A stretch of DNA of 32,000 nt. Source: Wolbachia endosymbiont of Drosophila innubila. Its GTDB lineage: Bacteria; Pseudomonadota; Alphaproteobacteria; Rickettsiales; Anaplasmataceae. The stretch spans positions 540,001-572,000 of the forward strand of contig NZ_CP076228.1 of the NCBI RefSeq assembly GCF_021378375.1. The letters run 5' to 3'. Shown one piece after another: positions 8,759 through 18,375 of this stretch. The notes under the pieces are model-generated. The model ran no database searches. It saw only the letters and a program-made list of their open reading frames with translations, and was not told the DNA's origin. Every line of letters starts with the position of its first letter. Position 1 is the first letter of the stretch. The position numbers and the translations under genes were made by a program.

Positions 8759-9942
8759 AGAATTTTTACATGGCGTAAATGTTATTGAGGTAACCTCAGG
8801 AGCAAAGACAGTACGTACACAGCTAAATCATCAGTGATAGGTGTAATTGGTACTGCACCTGAAGCAGATGAGCAAAAATTTCCGCTAAATAAAAACCAGT
8901 GTTAGTTGCAGGAAGCTTAAAGGAAGCAGCAAAGCTCGGAAAGAGTGGCAGTTTACCTTCTGCAATAAATGGAATATTTTCCCAGATTGGTGCAACAGTA
9001 GTAGTTATTCGAGTTAAAGAAAGTGAAAACAGCGATCCAAAGCTCAAAGAAAGTGAAACTATTCAAAGTATAATCGGTGGAGTTGATAAAGAGACTGGAG
9101 AATATCAAGGGATAGAGGCATTCCTCAGTAGTGAAAGTATAGTTCATGTTGCTCCAAGAATATTAATTGCACCTCAGTTTACTCATCAGTTACCTGAAAT
9201 AGATGGAGTAAATTCAGTAGTGAGTGCTTTAATTTCCATAGCAGAAAAATTAAGAGCAATTATTGTTGCAGACGGACCAAATACTAATGATGAAGAAGCA
9301 ATAAAATGGAGAAAAAGTGTAGGCAGCTCAAGAGTTTACGTTGTTGATCCATGGGTTAAGGTATTTATTGAAGGAAAAGAAGGAACCTTGCCAGCAAGCC
9401 CATTTGTAGCTGGTTTAATAGCAAAAGTAGATAGCGAACAAGGATTTTGGCACTCACCTTCAAATAAAGAGATAAATGGTATTGTTGGAACAAGCAGGCC
9501 TATTGATTTTAGCTTAGGTTATGCAAATTGCAGAGCAAACCACTTAAATGAAAATGAAGTAACAACGATAATTCATCAAAACAGCTATAGGCTTTGGGGA
9601 AATAGAACATGTTCAAATGACTCAAAATGGGCTTTTCTATCAGTAAGGCGCACTGCAGATTTAATTAACGATAGTTTACTTCGAGCTCATCTCTGGGCAG
9701 TTGATCGCAATATCACCAAAACTTATATAGATGATGTGATTGAGGGGGTGAATTCTTACCTTGCAAGTTTAAAAGCGCAAGGAGCAATTATCAGTGGAAA
9801 ATGTTATGCAACTCCCGAACTCAATACACCGGCAAATATTGCAAGCGGAAAAGTGTCTTTTGATTTTGAGTTTACACCGCCATATCCAGCTGAGCAAATA
9901 ATATTCAGATCCCATCTTGTAAATAATAGTGTAATAAGTTAG
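8751..9942 (+). pseudogene. FI: Contractile tail sheath protein (P2 FI-like) with two 5'-proximal frameshifts
   Basis: ATG 8751 gives MAEEFLHGVNVIEVTSGAKTVRTQ, then a stop at 8835. Frame 2 continues AKSSVIGVIGTAPEADEQKFPLNK to a stop at 8903. Frame 1 continues (K)PVLVAGSLKEAAKLG to 9942. Concatenated, this tracks the P2 FI N-terminus as I recall it (GVQVLEI...FPLNKPVLI). The second shift is in the A5 run 8891-8895, and A6 would restore the frame. Confidence 0.85.
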
Positions 9943-9953
9943 GAGAAAGCGAA

Positions 9954-10451
9954 GTGTTACCCAAAATACTGAGAAATTTTAACGTATTTGTAGATGGTCG
10001 TGGTTATGCAGGAAAAATAGATGAAATAACCTTGCCGAAGCTTACCATAAAAACCGAAGAGTACAGAGCTGGTGGTATGGATATTCCAATAAATATTGAC
10101 ATGGGCATGGAAAAGCTTGAAGCAGACTTTACTTTTGCTGAGTATGATTCAGAACTATTTAGACTTTTTGGCTTGATAGATGGAAACTCAGTATCTTTAA
10201 CGCTCCGTGGAGGAATGCAAGGTAATGATATTGAAGCAGTAATAATCAATTTAAGAGGCATTTTTAAAGAGTTTGACTTTGGCAACTGGAAACCTGCTGA
10301 GAAAGCAACGCTGAAGTGTACTGTAGCTGCCCATTATTATAAACTTACTATAGGTGGTAATGAATTAATAGAGATCGATGCTGAAAATATGATTAGAAAG
10401 ATAAATGGCGTTGATCAAATGGCCTTGCTACAAACGATTCTAGGGATCTAA
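9954..10451 (+). CDS. FII: Tail tube protein (P2 FII-like)
   Basis: 165 codons with GTG start and AGGAG SD. LPKILRNFNVFVDGRGYAGKIDEITLPKLTIKTEEYRAGGM parallels the P2 FII N-terminus (LPRKLKYLNLFNDG...VTLPKLTRKLENYRGAGM, from memory). C-terminal IEIDAENMIRKINGVDQ matches VEIDTINMIEKVNGVD. Confidence 0.9.
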   Translation: MLPKILRNFNVFVDGRGYAGKIDEITLPKLTIKTEEYRAGGMDIPINIDMGMEKLEADFTFAEYDSELFRLFGLIDGNSVSLTLRGGMQGNDIEAVIINLRGIFKEFDFGNWKPAEKATLKCTVAAHYYKLTIGGNELIEIDAENMIRKINGVDQMALLQTILGI

Positions 10452-10456
10452 TATGA

Positions 10457-10485
10457 TTGACAAAATTACATAAAAATGTTAAAAT
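10457..10485 (+). promoter_or_regulatory. Near-consensus sigma70-type promoter: TTGACA, 17-nt spacer, TAAAAT
   Basis: TTGACA at 10457-10462, a 17-nt spacer at 10463-10479, and TAAAAT at 10480-10485. This is 28 nt upstream of the antitoxin ATG (10513), in the gap after the tube gene. Confidence 0.6.
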
Positions 10486-10512
10486 ATAAGAAGTTGTAGG
10501 TATATAGTTAAT

Positions 10513-10713
10513 ATGGATTCTAAAGCTCATACAAATTCCATAGAGCAGCTAACTGGTTTACTTGTTAGTGTAGCACAATCTCAAGACAAGTCCGTTTTAA
10601 AGTTATTAACTGAATTAATGGAAGAAGAAATTGAAGATATGGAATTATCTAAGATTGCTGACGAACGCTATAAAGAAAAGAGGGTTAAACATCAAGATGC
10701 CTTCTGGGATTAA
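10513..10713 (+). CDS. Putative antitoxin of a type II TA pair
   Basis: 66-codon acidic ORF directly upstream of a RelE/ParE-like ORF and overlapping it by 17 nt. The call is by context and size; the family was not recognised from sequence. Confidence 0.55.
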   Translation: MDSKAHTNSIEQLTGLLVSVAQSQDKSVLKLLTELMEEEIEDMELSKIADERYKEKRVKHQDAFWD

Positions 10714-10978
10714 GCCTTACAATATAGACTATTCAGAATCTGTTATAAAGAAAGACATTCCGGCTCTTCCAGCAAAAGTAAAGTTAATGATTAAGAAGGC
10801 AATAATGGAGCGTCTAACAGTTGATCCAATTGGACTTGGAAAGCCATTAAAGCATAACTTAAGTGGACAACGTAGTCTACGGGTGAGTACCTATCGTATA
10901 CTTTATTATATAGATGTACCAGAACATACAGTAGTTATTACTTCAATTGAACACAGAAAAGATTCTTATCAAAGCTAA
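10697..10978 (+). CDS. RelE/ParE-family toxin
   Basis: The ORF track starts at 10631, but ATG 10697 (MPSGIKPYNIDYSE) gives a typical 93-aa toxin. C-terminal RVSTYRILYYIDVPEHTVVITSIEHRKDSY fits the RelE/StbE pattern (YRIIY...V.I..I.HRKD.Y). Confidence 0.75.
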   Translation: MPSGIKPYNIDYSESVIKKDIPALPAKVKLMIKKAIMERLTVDPIGLGKPLKHNLSGQRSLRVSTYRILYYIDVPEHTVVITSIEHRKDSYQS

Positions 10979-11061
10979 TCCTATTTATAGCACCATACAA
11001 AGAAATTAGTTATGTAAAAGCCGATATAGACTTTTATTTAATTAACTTTTTAAGGAGGAAC

Positions 11062-13213
11062 ATGCAAGCTATAACACTTAATAACCCAATAACAGTTGAT
11101 GGAATTTCTGTCTCAGAACTTACTGTTAGACGTCCAAAAGTTAGAGACTATCTTGCAATTGAACGCTTAAATGGTAGTGACCTTAGTAAAGAAGTAACTT
11201 TGACTGCCAATTTGACATCAGTTGCAAAAGAAGCATATTTGAAAAAGAGAGATGCTTTGCATTCATTTAATGAAGAAGTAAGAAAAAGTGGAAGAAATAT
11301 TAAGTACTTAGTAAGTGACCAACATAAACTTGGCTCTTCTATTGAAGTATTAAAAGGTAAGTATGGTAAGCTTGGATCTGCAATACGTAGTCACCAAAGT
11401 TTTTTAGCAAGCAAAGCACATTTTAAGTCACAAATTATAGAGACTATTGGGCTAGGGCTAACGCTTGCAGCTCCAGTTAAAGTTGCAATTGACTTTGAAA
11501 GTGCTATGGCTGATGTTACAAAAGTGGTAGATTTTAAAAAAGGAACGGATGAAGCAACTAAATTTGCAAAGAAGTTAAAAGAGATGTCACGTACTATACC
11601 ATTATCAGCCGCAGAACTGGCACAAATAGCTGCAAGTGGTGGTCAACTTGGTATCAAGAAAGAAGATCTTTTTATGTTTACAGAAACAGTGGCAAAAATG
11701 TCTACAGCATTTGATATGTCTGCAGAGCAAGCAGGTGATTCTATAGCTAAACTCTCTAACGTTTATGGAATTGATGTTAGTAAAATGGAATACGTTGGTA
11801 ATGTAATCAATCACTTATCAGATAACACTGCTGCCAAAGCAAAAGATATGGTTGAAGCTCTAGCAATAGTTGGTGGTACTGCAAAACAATTTGGTCTTGA
11901 CATCAAGGAAACAAGTAGTTTAGTAAATGCCTTCGTTAGTTTAGGTAAACAACCAGCAAAAGCTGCAACTGCTATAAATGCTCTACTTAGTAAACTTCAG
12001 ACTGCTGAAGAACAAGGAGGGGATTTTAAAGCAGCATTAGAGCAAATGGGCATAACTGCAGAAGAAATAGTACAAAGAATAAGCGAAAACGGCGAAGAAG
12101 CATTACTCTACTTTTTTCAAGCTCTAAAGAAAATGGATAACCAGGAACGTTCTACAATCCTTATGAAACTTTTCGGTCAGGAATATCAAGATGATATTGC
12201 ATTATTAGCTGGAAGTTTTAACAAATACGAAGATGCTATAAGGTTACTATCTGACACAGAAGAGTACAAGAGCTCGTTGCAGAAAGAATTTCAAAACCGT
12301 GTAAACACCACAGCCAGTAAATTACGACTTCTTCGCAACGCAATAGCTGAAGTTGGTATGAACCTGGGTTCAGTGATGCTGCCTACTTTAAAATCTATAG
12401 CTGAATTTTTACAAGAAAAAACTAGAAGCATAGCGTTATTTGCAGAAAAATATCCAACTTTAACCAAAGCAATCATGGGTACTGTAGCAGCCTTGATAAG
12501 TTTAAAAGTTGTAGCAGTGGGACTAGGATACGGATTTACATTGCTAGGAAGTACGATTTTTAGTCTGAAAGCAAACCTACTTGGAGTATTTTCATTTTTA
12601 TCAGCTACAGTTTTTCCTGCAGTAGTAACAGGACTAAGAGCAGTAACACTCGCTATAATGAGTAACCCTATAGGACTTTTTAATTACTGGACTTGTCACT
12701 GGCGCAGCACTTGTTATAACTAACTGGCAAAAGGTAAAAGACTTTTTCTCTAGCTTTTGGAAATCGATAATAAAACCCATAGAAGAAGCTTTTTCATGGA
12801 TAGGTGAAAGTATATTTGGAAAAGTATTGGGAAATAGCCCACTGAAAGAGTTTGAAAAAAGAAAAACTGAAGTAAAAGCAGTGCACACTCCCCTAAAAAG
12901 TAATATTCTCAACAGTGGAAATCCTGTGCTAGGTAACAGTATAATTAAAGAATTTTCAAAGAGAAATAAAAATAGCTTCAGAGTCAAAAGCCTTATTGAG
13001 GAGAAAAAGTTTACAGAGAGCGATAAGATATTTGCAAGGAGTAAGTTTGAAAATAAAGAACAAAATAAAACTCAGAACATCACTAATAATTACACTATCA
13101 GCATTAAAGCAGAACCTAACCAAGATGTTCGTAGTCTTGCAGATGAAGTAATAAAAAGGATAAGAGAAAAGTCACGTGATGTTTTATTTGATACGGTAGA
13201 GACATTTTATTGA
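11062..13213 (+). pseudogene. T: Tail tape measure protein (P2 T-like), frameshifted, with an N-terminal tail-assembly-chaperone (P2 E-like) segment fused on
   Basis: Strong SD TAAGGAGGA before ATG 11062. Residues 1 to about 55 (ITLNNPITVDGISVSELTVRRPKVRDYLAIE) match the P2 gpE pattern (ITLDNPVKRGEQVIEQVTLMKPSAG). From about residue 60 the sequence is typical tape measure (AIDFESAMADVTKVV core, C-terminal hydrophobic segments). The frame breaks at the T5 run 12677-12681; T4 would join frame 1 to the frame-2 ORF ending at 13213 (…IGLLITGLVTGAALVITNWQKV…). Confidence 0.8.
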
Positions 13214-13560
13214 TGCTATCTCTTGGTCCGTATAAGTTTGCTCCCACAAGTTTAAAGTATAGCAGAGAAAATCGTTGGAGCACGATTGAGTGTATTGAAA
13301 ATATGCCACTATTACAAAATATCGGTCAAGGTGTAGAAAATATAGATTTAGAAGGAATGATTTATCTGCATAATCTCAACGTGCTAAATCAATTAAAGAG
13401 TGTGAAAGAAACTGAAAAACCACATATTTTAGTAGATAGTTTAGGTAATATTTTAGGACAATTCGTAATTACTAGGTTAGAAGAAAAGCAGATGTATTTT
13501 TTACCTAATGGACTACCGAGAAAAATTGAATTTAGTTTGAGTTTAAAAAGCTATAGATGA
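13213..13560 (+). CDS. U: Tail protein U (P2 gpU-like)
   Basis: ATG 13213 overlaps the tape measure TGA (TGATG). MLSLGPYKF...NGLPRKIEFSLSLK parallels P2 gpU (MVLGLFVF...DGTPRRIDFTLNLK, from memory). Synteny T-U-X-D. Confidence 0.85.
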   Translation: MLSLGPYKFAPTSLKYSRENRWSTIECIENMPLLQNIGQGVENIDLEGMIYLHNLNVLNQLKSVKETEKPHILVDSLGNILGQFVITRLEEKQMYFLPNGLPRKIEFSLSLKSYR

Positions 13561-13766
13561 CTATATACTATGTGAGTAAAGAAAATGAGATGTTAGATCT
13601 GATTTGCTGGAAACATTACGGATTTACTGATGGAGTAGTGGAATTAGTACTAGCAGAGAACTTGGGTTTGGCAGAATACGGAAGCTTTTTGCCCGCAGGA
13701 TTAAAGATAAAGCTTCCTACTATTAAGAAAATAGTACAAAAGTCAAAATTAAAGGTCTGGGAATAA
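13557..13766 (+). CDS. X: Tail protein X (P2 gpX-like)
   Basis: ATGA overlap with the gpU stop. LDLICWKHYGFTDGVVELVLAENLGLAEYGSFLPAGLKIKLP...VWE parallels P2 X (LDAICVRYYGRTEGVVETVLAANPGLAELGAVLPHGTAVELP...LWE). Confidence 0.9.
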   Translation: MTIYYVSKENEMLDLICWKHYGFTDGVVELVLAENLGLAEYGSFLPAGLKIKLPTIKKIVQKSKLKVWE

Positions 13767-14711
13767 ATGCAGCCAGATTTTATAATAGATAAATGTGAAT
13801 CAATTAAAGATAGAGTTATATCATTGCACCTTACAGATGAATCAGGAATAATAGATGATGTAGTTGAAGTGTGTGTTGATTACAGGGATGAAGACATAGA
13901 TATTCCGAATGAATTGAACATAGCACTAGGTTATAAGGAATTTGGAATCTTTCCAATGGGTATATATACAGTCAACGAAGTGACTATACAGGGTCCACCT
14001 AAGACTCTACTAATCAAAGCTCATGCAACAAATTTAAGAATATCTTTGAAGGCAAAAGTATCAAAAGAATGGCGCCAAATTACCATAGAAAACTTAGTAA
14101 AAGAAATAGCCCAAAAACATGGATATGGATACAAAGTCGCTGAGGAATTTAAGGATGTATTGATACCCCATATTAATCAGGCAGATGAAAGTGATATAAG
14201 TCTGTTAACAAAGATCGCAACAGAGCGTGAAGCAATGGCAAAATTAGCTGGTGGGTATATATTATTTATTTCAAAAAACATGGCAAAATCAGCCACAGGA
14301 AAAGCTTTAGGAACAACGACTATTAGACCTCAAGATACAATTAACTGGAAAGTGCATTTTACCGTACGTGATAAGTATAATTCAGTAGTGGCAAAGTGGC
14401 ATAGCTATGAAAAGGGCGAAACTATTAAAGAAACAGTTGGTAGCGGTGAGCCAAGTTATATTATGCTGGAACTTTACTCAAATGCAGAGTCAGCACTAAG
14501 TGCAGCAAATGCCAAGTTGAAACAATTGAAGCGTAACAATGAAACTTTAGATGTAACTATGCCTGGTAATCCTCAAATTTTTGCAGAAGCTAAACTTAAT
14601 CTTCTAGGTTTTAATCAAGCGTTAGATGGTGAATGGATAATTAATAGAGCGGAGCATACTTTAAATAGCTCGGGTTACCTTACTATGTTGTCAGCATCTT
14701 TGAGTAAGTAA
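13767..14711 (+). CDS. D: Late control gene D / tail protein D (P2 gpD-like)
   Basis: 314 codons, starting immediately after the X stop. IPHINQADESDISLLTKIA parallels P2 D IPHIDQSQESDAKFLTRLA. C-terminal EWIINRAEHTLNSSGYLT parallels DWTITKVTHFLNNSGFTT. Confidence 0.9.
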   Translation: MQPDFIIDKCESIKDRVISLHLTDESGIIDDVVEVCVDYRDEDIDIPNELNIALGYKEFGIFPMGIYTVNEVTIQGPPKTLLIKAHATNLRISLKAKVSKEWRQITIENLVKEIAQKHGYGYKVAEEFKDVLIPHINQADESDISLLTKIATEREAMAKLAGGYILFISKNMAKSATGKALGTTTIRPQDTINWKVHFTVRDKYNSVVAKWHSYEKGETIKETVGSGEPSYIMLELYSNAESALSAANAKLKQLKRNNETLDVTMPGNPQIFAEAKLNLLGFNQALDGEWIINRAEHTLNSSGYLTMLSASLSK

Positions 14712-14767
14712 TGTTAAGAAAAAAATGAGTAATGATCTATTTAATATTAAGAAACTGTGTGCCAAAT

Positions 14768-15289
14768 ATGAAAAAAATAAAGTATAATGAAAGAGATAAA
14801 CTACATTTCGTATGGTTCATACTATTAATAGTATGCGTTGTTATTACTTATTGCTATCAAAAATCTAAAGCTACAGATAATTATAACAAAACATTACAAG
14901 TGGCTACTAGTAATTGCAACTTAGGAATAGTAAAACTTTTAGTAAAGGATATGGCTCCAAACTTGAGTGGAACAACGTTACATTGTGCAGCAAGAAAAGG
15001 ATGTTTAGACATTATCAGATTTTTAATAGAAGAGGAAAAAGTAAATATAAACGCACTTGATAGAAATGCATTTAAAAGAATAGCTTTACATCACGCTGCA
15101 GGTAAAGGACACCTAGAAGTTATTAAGTTTTTATTGGAGAAAGGCGCAAATCCTAATATTAGAGATATAGATGGAAAAAACCCAAGAGATGTAGCTGTGC
15201 TAAGATCACGGCACAATAAAGATAAACCATACGATGAAATTATACACTTGCTCTATAATGCTGAAAAAGAACATGAATCTGAGCAGTAA
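14768..15289 (+). CDS. Membrane-anchored ankyrin-repeat protein
   Basis: ATG 14768 (MKKIKYNE) is preferred to the track start 14732. One N-terminal hydrophobic helix (FVWFILLIVCVVITYCY), then ankyrin repeats (GTTLHCAARKGCLDIIRFLI; RIALHHAAGKGHLEVIKFLLEKGANPN; DGKNPRDVAV). Confidence 0.8.
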   Translation: MKKIKYNERDKLHFVWFILLIVCVVITYCYQKSKATDNYNKTLQVATSNCNLGIVKLLVKDMAPNLSGTTLHCAARKGCLDIIRFLIEEEKVNINALDRNAFKRIALHHAAGKGHLEVIKFLLEKGANPNIRDIDGKNPRDVAVLRSRHNKDKPYDEIIHLLYNAEKEHESEQ

Positions 15290-15343
15290 TATTTCGTAAC
15301 CGGAAACAAGAAGTAGTTGAAAGATTACACAGTTAGGAGAAAC

Positions 15344-15559
15344 ATGCAAAATCAAAAAATCCCACTAGCAGTAATTATCACTATGGTAATACAGACCGTA
15401 GCAACAATTTGGTGGCTCGCTAAGCTTGATTTAAGAGTACAAATTCATGATCAATTTATAGAACGAAATCACGGACTAATGGAAACAGTTTATCGCCTCG
15501 AGGAGCGGGTAAAAAACCTCATTGAAGAAGTTAATGAGCTTGAGCAAAAACACAAATAA
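15344..15559 (+). CDS. Small membrane protein with a C-terminal coiled coil (about 71 aa)
   Basis: AGGAG lies 4 nt before ATG 15344; the track start is TTG 15317. One TM helix (IPLAVIITMVIQTVATIWWLA), then a helical heptad-like tail (RLEERVKNLIEEVNELEQKHK). It ends 15 nt before the patatin gene. Confidence 0.5.
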   Translation: MQNQKIPLAVIITMVIQTVATIWWLAKLDLRVQIHDQFIERNHGLMETVYRLEERVKNLIEEVNELEQKHK

Positions 15560-15574
15560 CAACTAAATTTCACA

Positions 15575-16483
15575 GTGGTAAAATACATTTTATCCGTTGA
15601 TGGAGGTGGAATTAGAGGAATCATTCCTGCCATTATTCTCGCAGAAATAGAGCAAAGGACAAGAAAAACGATTGCTGAAATCTTTGATCTTATGGCAGGT
15701 ACTTCAACCGGTGGGATTGTTGTAGCAGGATTATGTAAAAAAGATAAACCTCAATATTCTGCTAATGATTTAGTCGAGTTCTATCGGGAATATGGACCAT
15801 ATATTTTTAAGTCTTCATTTTTTAGGCGATCAATACTATCTTGGTTTAACTGCGCACAATATCCACATAAAAATATTGAATCTGTACTGGATAAATATTT
15901 TGGAGAGGATATTCTAAAAAACACTTTAAGTAATGTGTTGATTACGAGTTACGATATTCAGAATAACTGCCCATTTTTCTTTAAAAGCTGGAAAGAAGGT
16001 AATATTAAGCTGAAAGATGCACTCAGAGCTGCAACTGCAGCACCTACTTACTTTGCACCTAAATATTTAAAAGTCAACCAAAAGGAAATGGTATTAGTGG
16101 ATGGAGGGGTGTTTGCCAATAATCCAGCAGCTTGTGCATATGCAAGTGGTAAGAGGTTATTTCCAAATGATGATATTCTACTGTTATCGATAGGTACTGG
16201 AAGAACAGATAGAAGCATAGCTAATTCAAGGAGATTTGGAAAGATAGGTTGGATAAAACCTCTGTTGAACGTAATGTTTGCCTCAAGTTTAGATGCAGTA
16301 AATTACCAACTTGATCAAGTTATAGCTGATAAATATATACGCATACAATCGCAATTGAAAATAGCATCACCTGACATGGATAATATTACATCAAAAAATA
16401 TCAAATCTCTTCAGCAAGAGGCAAATGCAATGATAGAGGACAATCAGGAACTGATAGATAAATTCTGTGATGTTTTATCTTGA
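15575..16483 (+). CDS. Patatin-like phospholipase
   Basis: Oxyanion-hole motif DGGGIRG, nucleophile elbow GTSTG (GxSxG), and catalytic Asp motif VDGGVFANNP are all present in the canonical order. GTG start. Confidence 0.9.
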   Translation: MVKYILSVDGGGIRGIIPAIILAEIEQRTRKTIAEIFDLMAGTSTGGIVVAGLCKKDKPQYSANDLVEFYREYGPYIFKSSFFRRSILSWFNCAQYPHKNIESVLDKYFGEDILKNTLSNVLITSYDIQNNCPFFFKSWKEGNIKLKDALRAATAAPTYFAPKYLKVNQKEMVLVDGGVFANNPAACAYASGKRLFPNDDILLLSIGTGRTDRSIANSRRFGKIGWIKPLLNVMFASSLDAVNYQLDQVIADKYIRIQSQLKIASPDMDNITSKNIKSLQQEANAMIEDNQELIDKFCDVLS

Positions 16484-16532
16484 TACGTAGAAATGCCAAA
16501 AAAATTCTGCAGAGCTAAATAAGGGTTTAGAA

Positions 16533-16550
16533 TAGTTAATATATTAACTA
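16533..16550. terminator. Perfect 18-bp AT-rich palindrome between convergent genes; possible weak bidirectional terminator
   Basis: TAGTTAATATATTAACTA (9+9, no loop) followed by CTTTTACTT. Located between the patatin stop (16483) and the regulator stop (16576). The stem is AT-only, so a terminator function is doubtful. Confidence 0.2.
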
Positions 16551-16916
16551 CTTTTACTTATATCTTAAACACAATTCAATTTTCACACTCACCTAACTCA
16601 TCAACAGTTAGGCCACTTGCTCGCAAAATAACATCAGTAGAAACACCCGCCTTCACTAGATTTTTTGCAACCCTGATTTTCTCTGCTTTTTTAACTTTTT
16701 CCTTGCCACTTTTCATATCTTCAGATAGAGATTTGACTAATGATTCTTGTTCTCTGTACTCATCCATTAAACTCAATAGCTTTTTGCTTTCTCTTGTTTT
16801 AGGTAGCAGAACTTTAATATTCACTGATAATCCTTCTGCTATTTGATATAATTTATCAAATGATATGGCAGTGTATCCTATTTCATATTCGTGTATTTCG
16901 GGAACGTTCAAAGAAG

Positions 16917-18348
16917 CATACGCGTCAAGTTAAGAGATTGTAAGTAAATTCAGGGAAGTTAAGGTAGATACTCTAGTTTTTCTGTACTTGTCTTTTAATG
17001 AAAATCGAGACCAAGTTATGGTAAGCTTTTTAAGAAAAACTTTCAAACTATTAACTTTATTCTTTAGTGCTAAAAATAACTCTATAACCCGCCTTTTTAG
17101 CTCAATAAATGCCTTTGTTAAGCTAAGTTCTGTATTCTTTTTCACTTCTGTGCAACCAACTATGCCGTGAAATATAAGAATTGCGCACAATTTAGCATAT
17201 AGTTCACATAATACTCTGCATGGCTTTCCTTTTAGCTTATCAAGTCTGATATGGCTTTTATACAATTTAAATAATAACTCAATTTGCCACCTTACTCTGT
17301 AAATCGTTAATACTTGCTCAGCACTAATTTTATTTTCTGGAACATTAGTTATAAATATTGACCAGTTCAACAATTTTTGATTTCTTTTAGAGGATGTATA
17401 TCCCTGCGATCTTGCTAATCTATTAGCTTTCCTTCTTCTGGCCATAGACTGTTCTTCAGTTAGTTTCTGACATATAATTCTTACTCTAATTTTTGCTTCT
17501 TTTCCTAACAATACCTCGTTTTCTAAAAATAACTTATCCTCTAAACATTCTAATAACTCCATTTTTTGATTTGTTTCTACATCATATATGTTGGTATCGG
17601 ATTTATAACGACTTATGAAATAAGCTCCTATTTCATTGATTTGTTTAAAAGAACTTGGCACAAAATAACCGAGATCAGATATTAGCAAATCATTGCTTAA
17701 TATATTACTTAAATGTTTCCTATATCCCTGGTCTGATCTTACTCCCTCCGTTAAATTAAGTTGGTCTATTATCTGATTCATGTAGTCGAAAACTAATTGT
17801 AACTTTATTCCAGATTTAGTATTGCTTTCATAGCCACTGTAGCTAGTACCATAACCTTTATACATCTCTTCCATACTGTTAGGTAGAGTAATATAGCTAC
17901 TGTCCAATAATTTAACACTATTAAATTGCTGTAAGATTTTGCAATCAACTTGCAAGATATTTTTGAAGAGAAGCACAGATTCATTATACATCCTTTTCAT
18001 AAATTCCACTGCTTCTTCAGTAAATCTAAAATCAAACCTTGTTTTGTTATATCTATCGAGTCCTCGTTTAGTAATTGACACATTGTTTCTACGCTACAAT
18101 TATCAACCCCTATATTACCCAAGACCATGGCTTTTACGAACGATGAACCTTTTAGCTTTCTCTTTCTTTTTATAAACCTTGTTGTAATTGAGATTTTGTC
18201 TGCTTTTTCATTAAAAAATTCTTTGAGCTTTTTTGATAAGCTAGTTATTTTATTCATTGGTTCTCTCACTAAAAGTATTTCTGGGAGAACTTATACCTTA
18301 TTATTCTATCTCTTTCATACCTTTATTTCCTTAACTTGACGCGTATGG
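16917..18348 (-). mobile_element. IS4-family insertion sequence (1432 bp) inserted in the terminal repeat of the IS256-family element
   Basis: 18-bp perfect inverted repeats: CATACGCGTCAAGTTAAG at 16917-16934 and its complement at 18331-18348. 11-bp direct duplication GTTCAAAGAAG at 16906-16916 and 18349-18359. Confidence 0.9.
16930..18269 (-). pseudogene. IS4-family DDE transposase with one frameshift
   Basis: ORFs 18269-17997 and 18081-16930 overlap in different frames. Reading ...DITKQGL then DFRFTEEAVEFMK requires a 1-nt correction near 18033-18038 (GGTTTGATTTT on the minus strand). Confidence 0.75.
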
Positions 18349-18375
18349 TTCAAAGAAGTGTGTCAAACGGCATTT

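Noticed and set aside
11241-11247. G AAA AAG as a possible E/E'-type -1 frameshift site in the chaperone-like part of the tape measure ORF.
   Set aside because: It is not a true X XXY YYZ heptamer. The -1 frame reads GAG AGA TGC TTT GCA TTC ATT TAA and terminates after 8 codons, so no E'-like extension is possible.
16900-16911. TTG start (16909-16911) making the 111-codon ORF 16576-16911 an independent gene.
   Set aside because: The first four codons lie inside the IS256-family inverted repeat. The ORF is the 3' half of the disrupted regulator.
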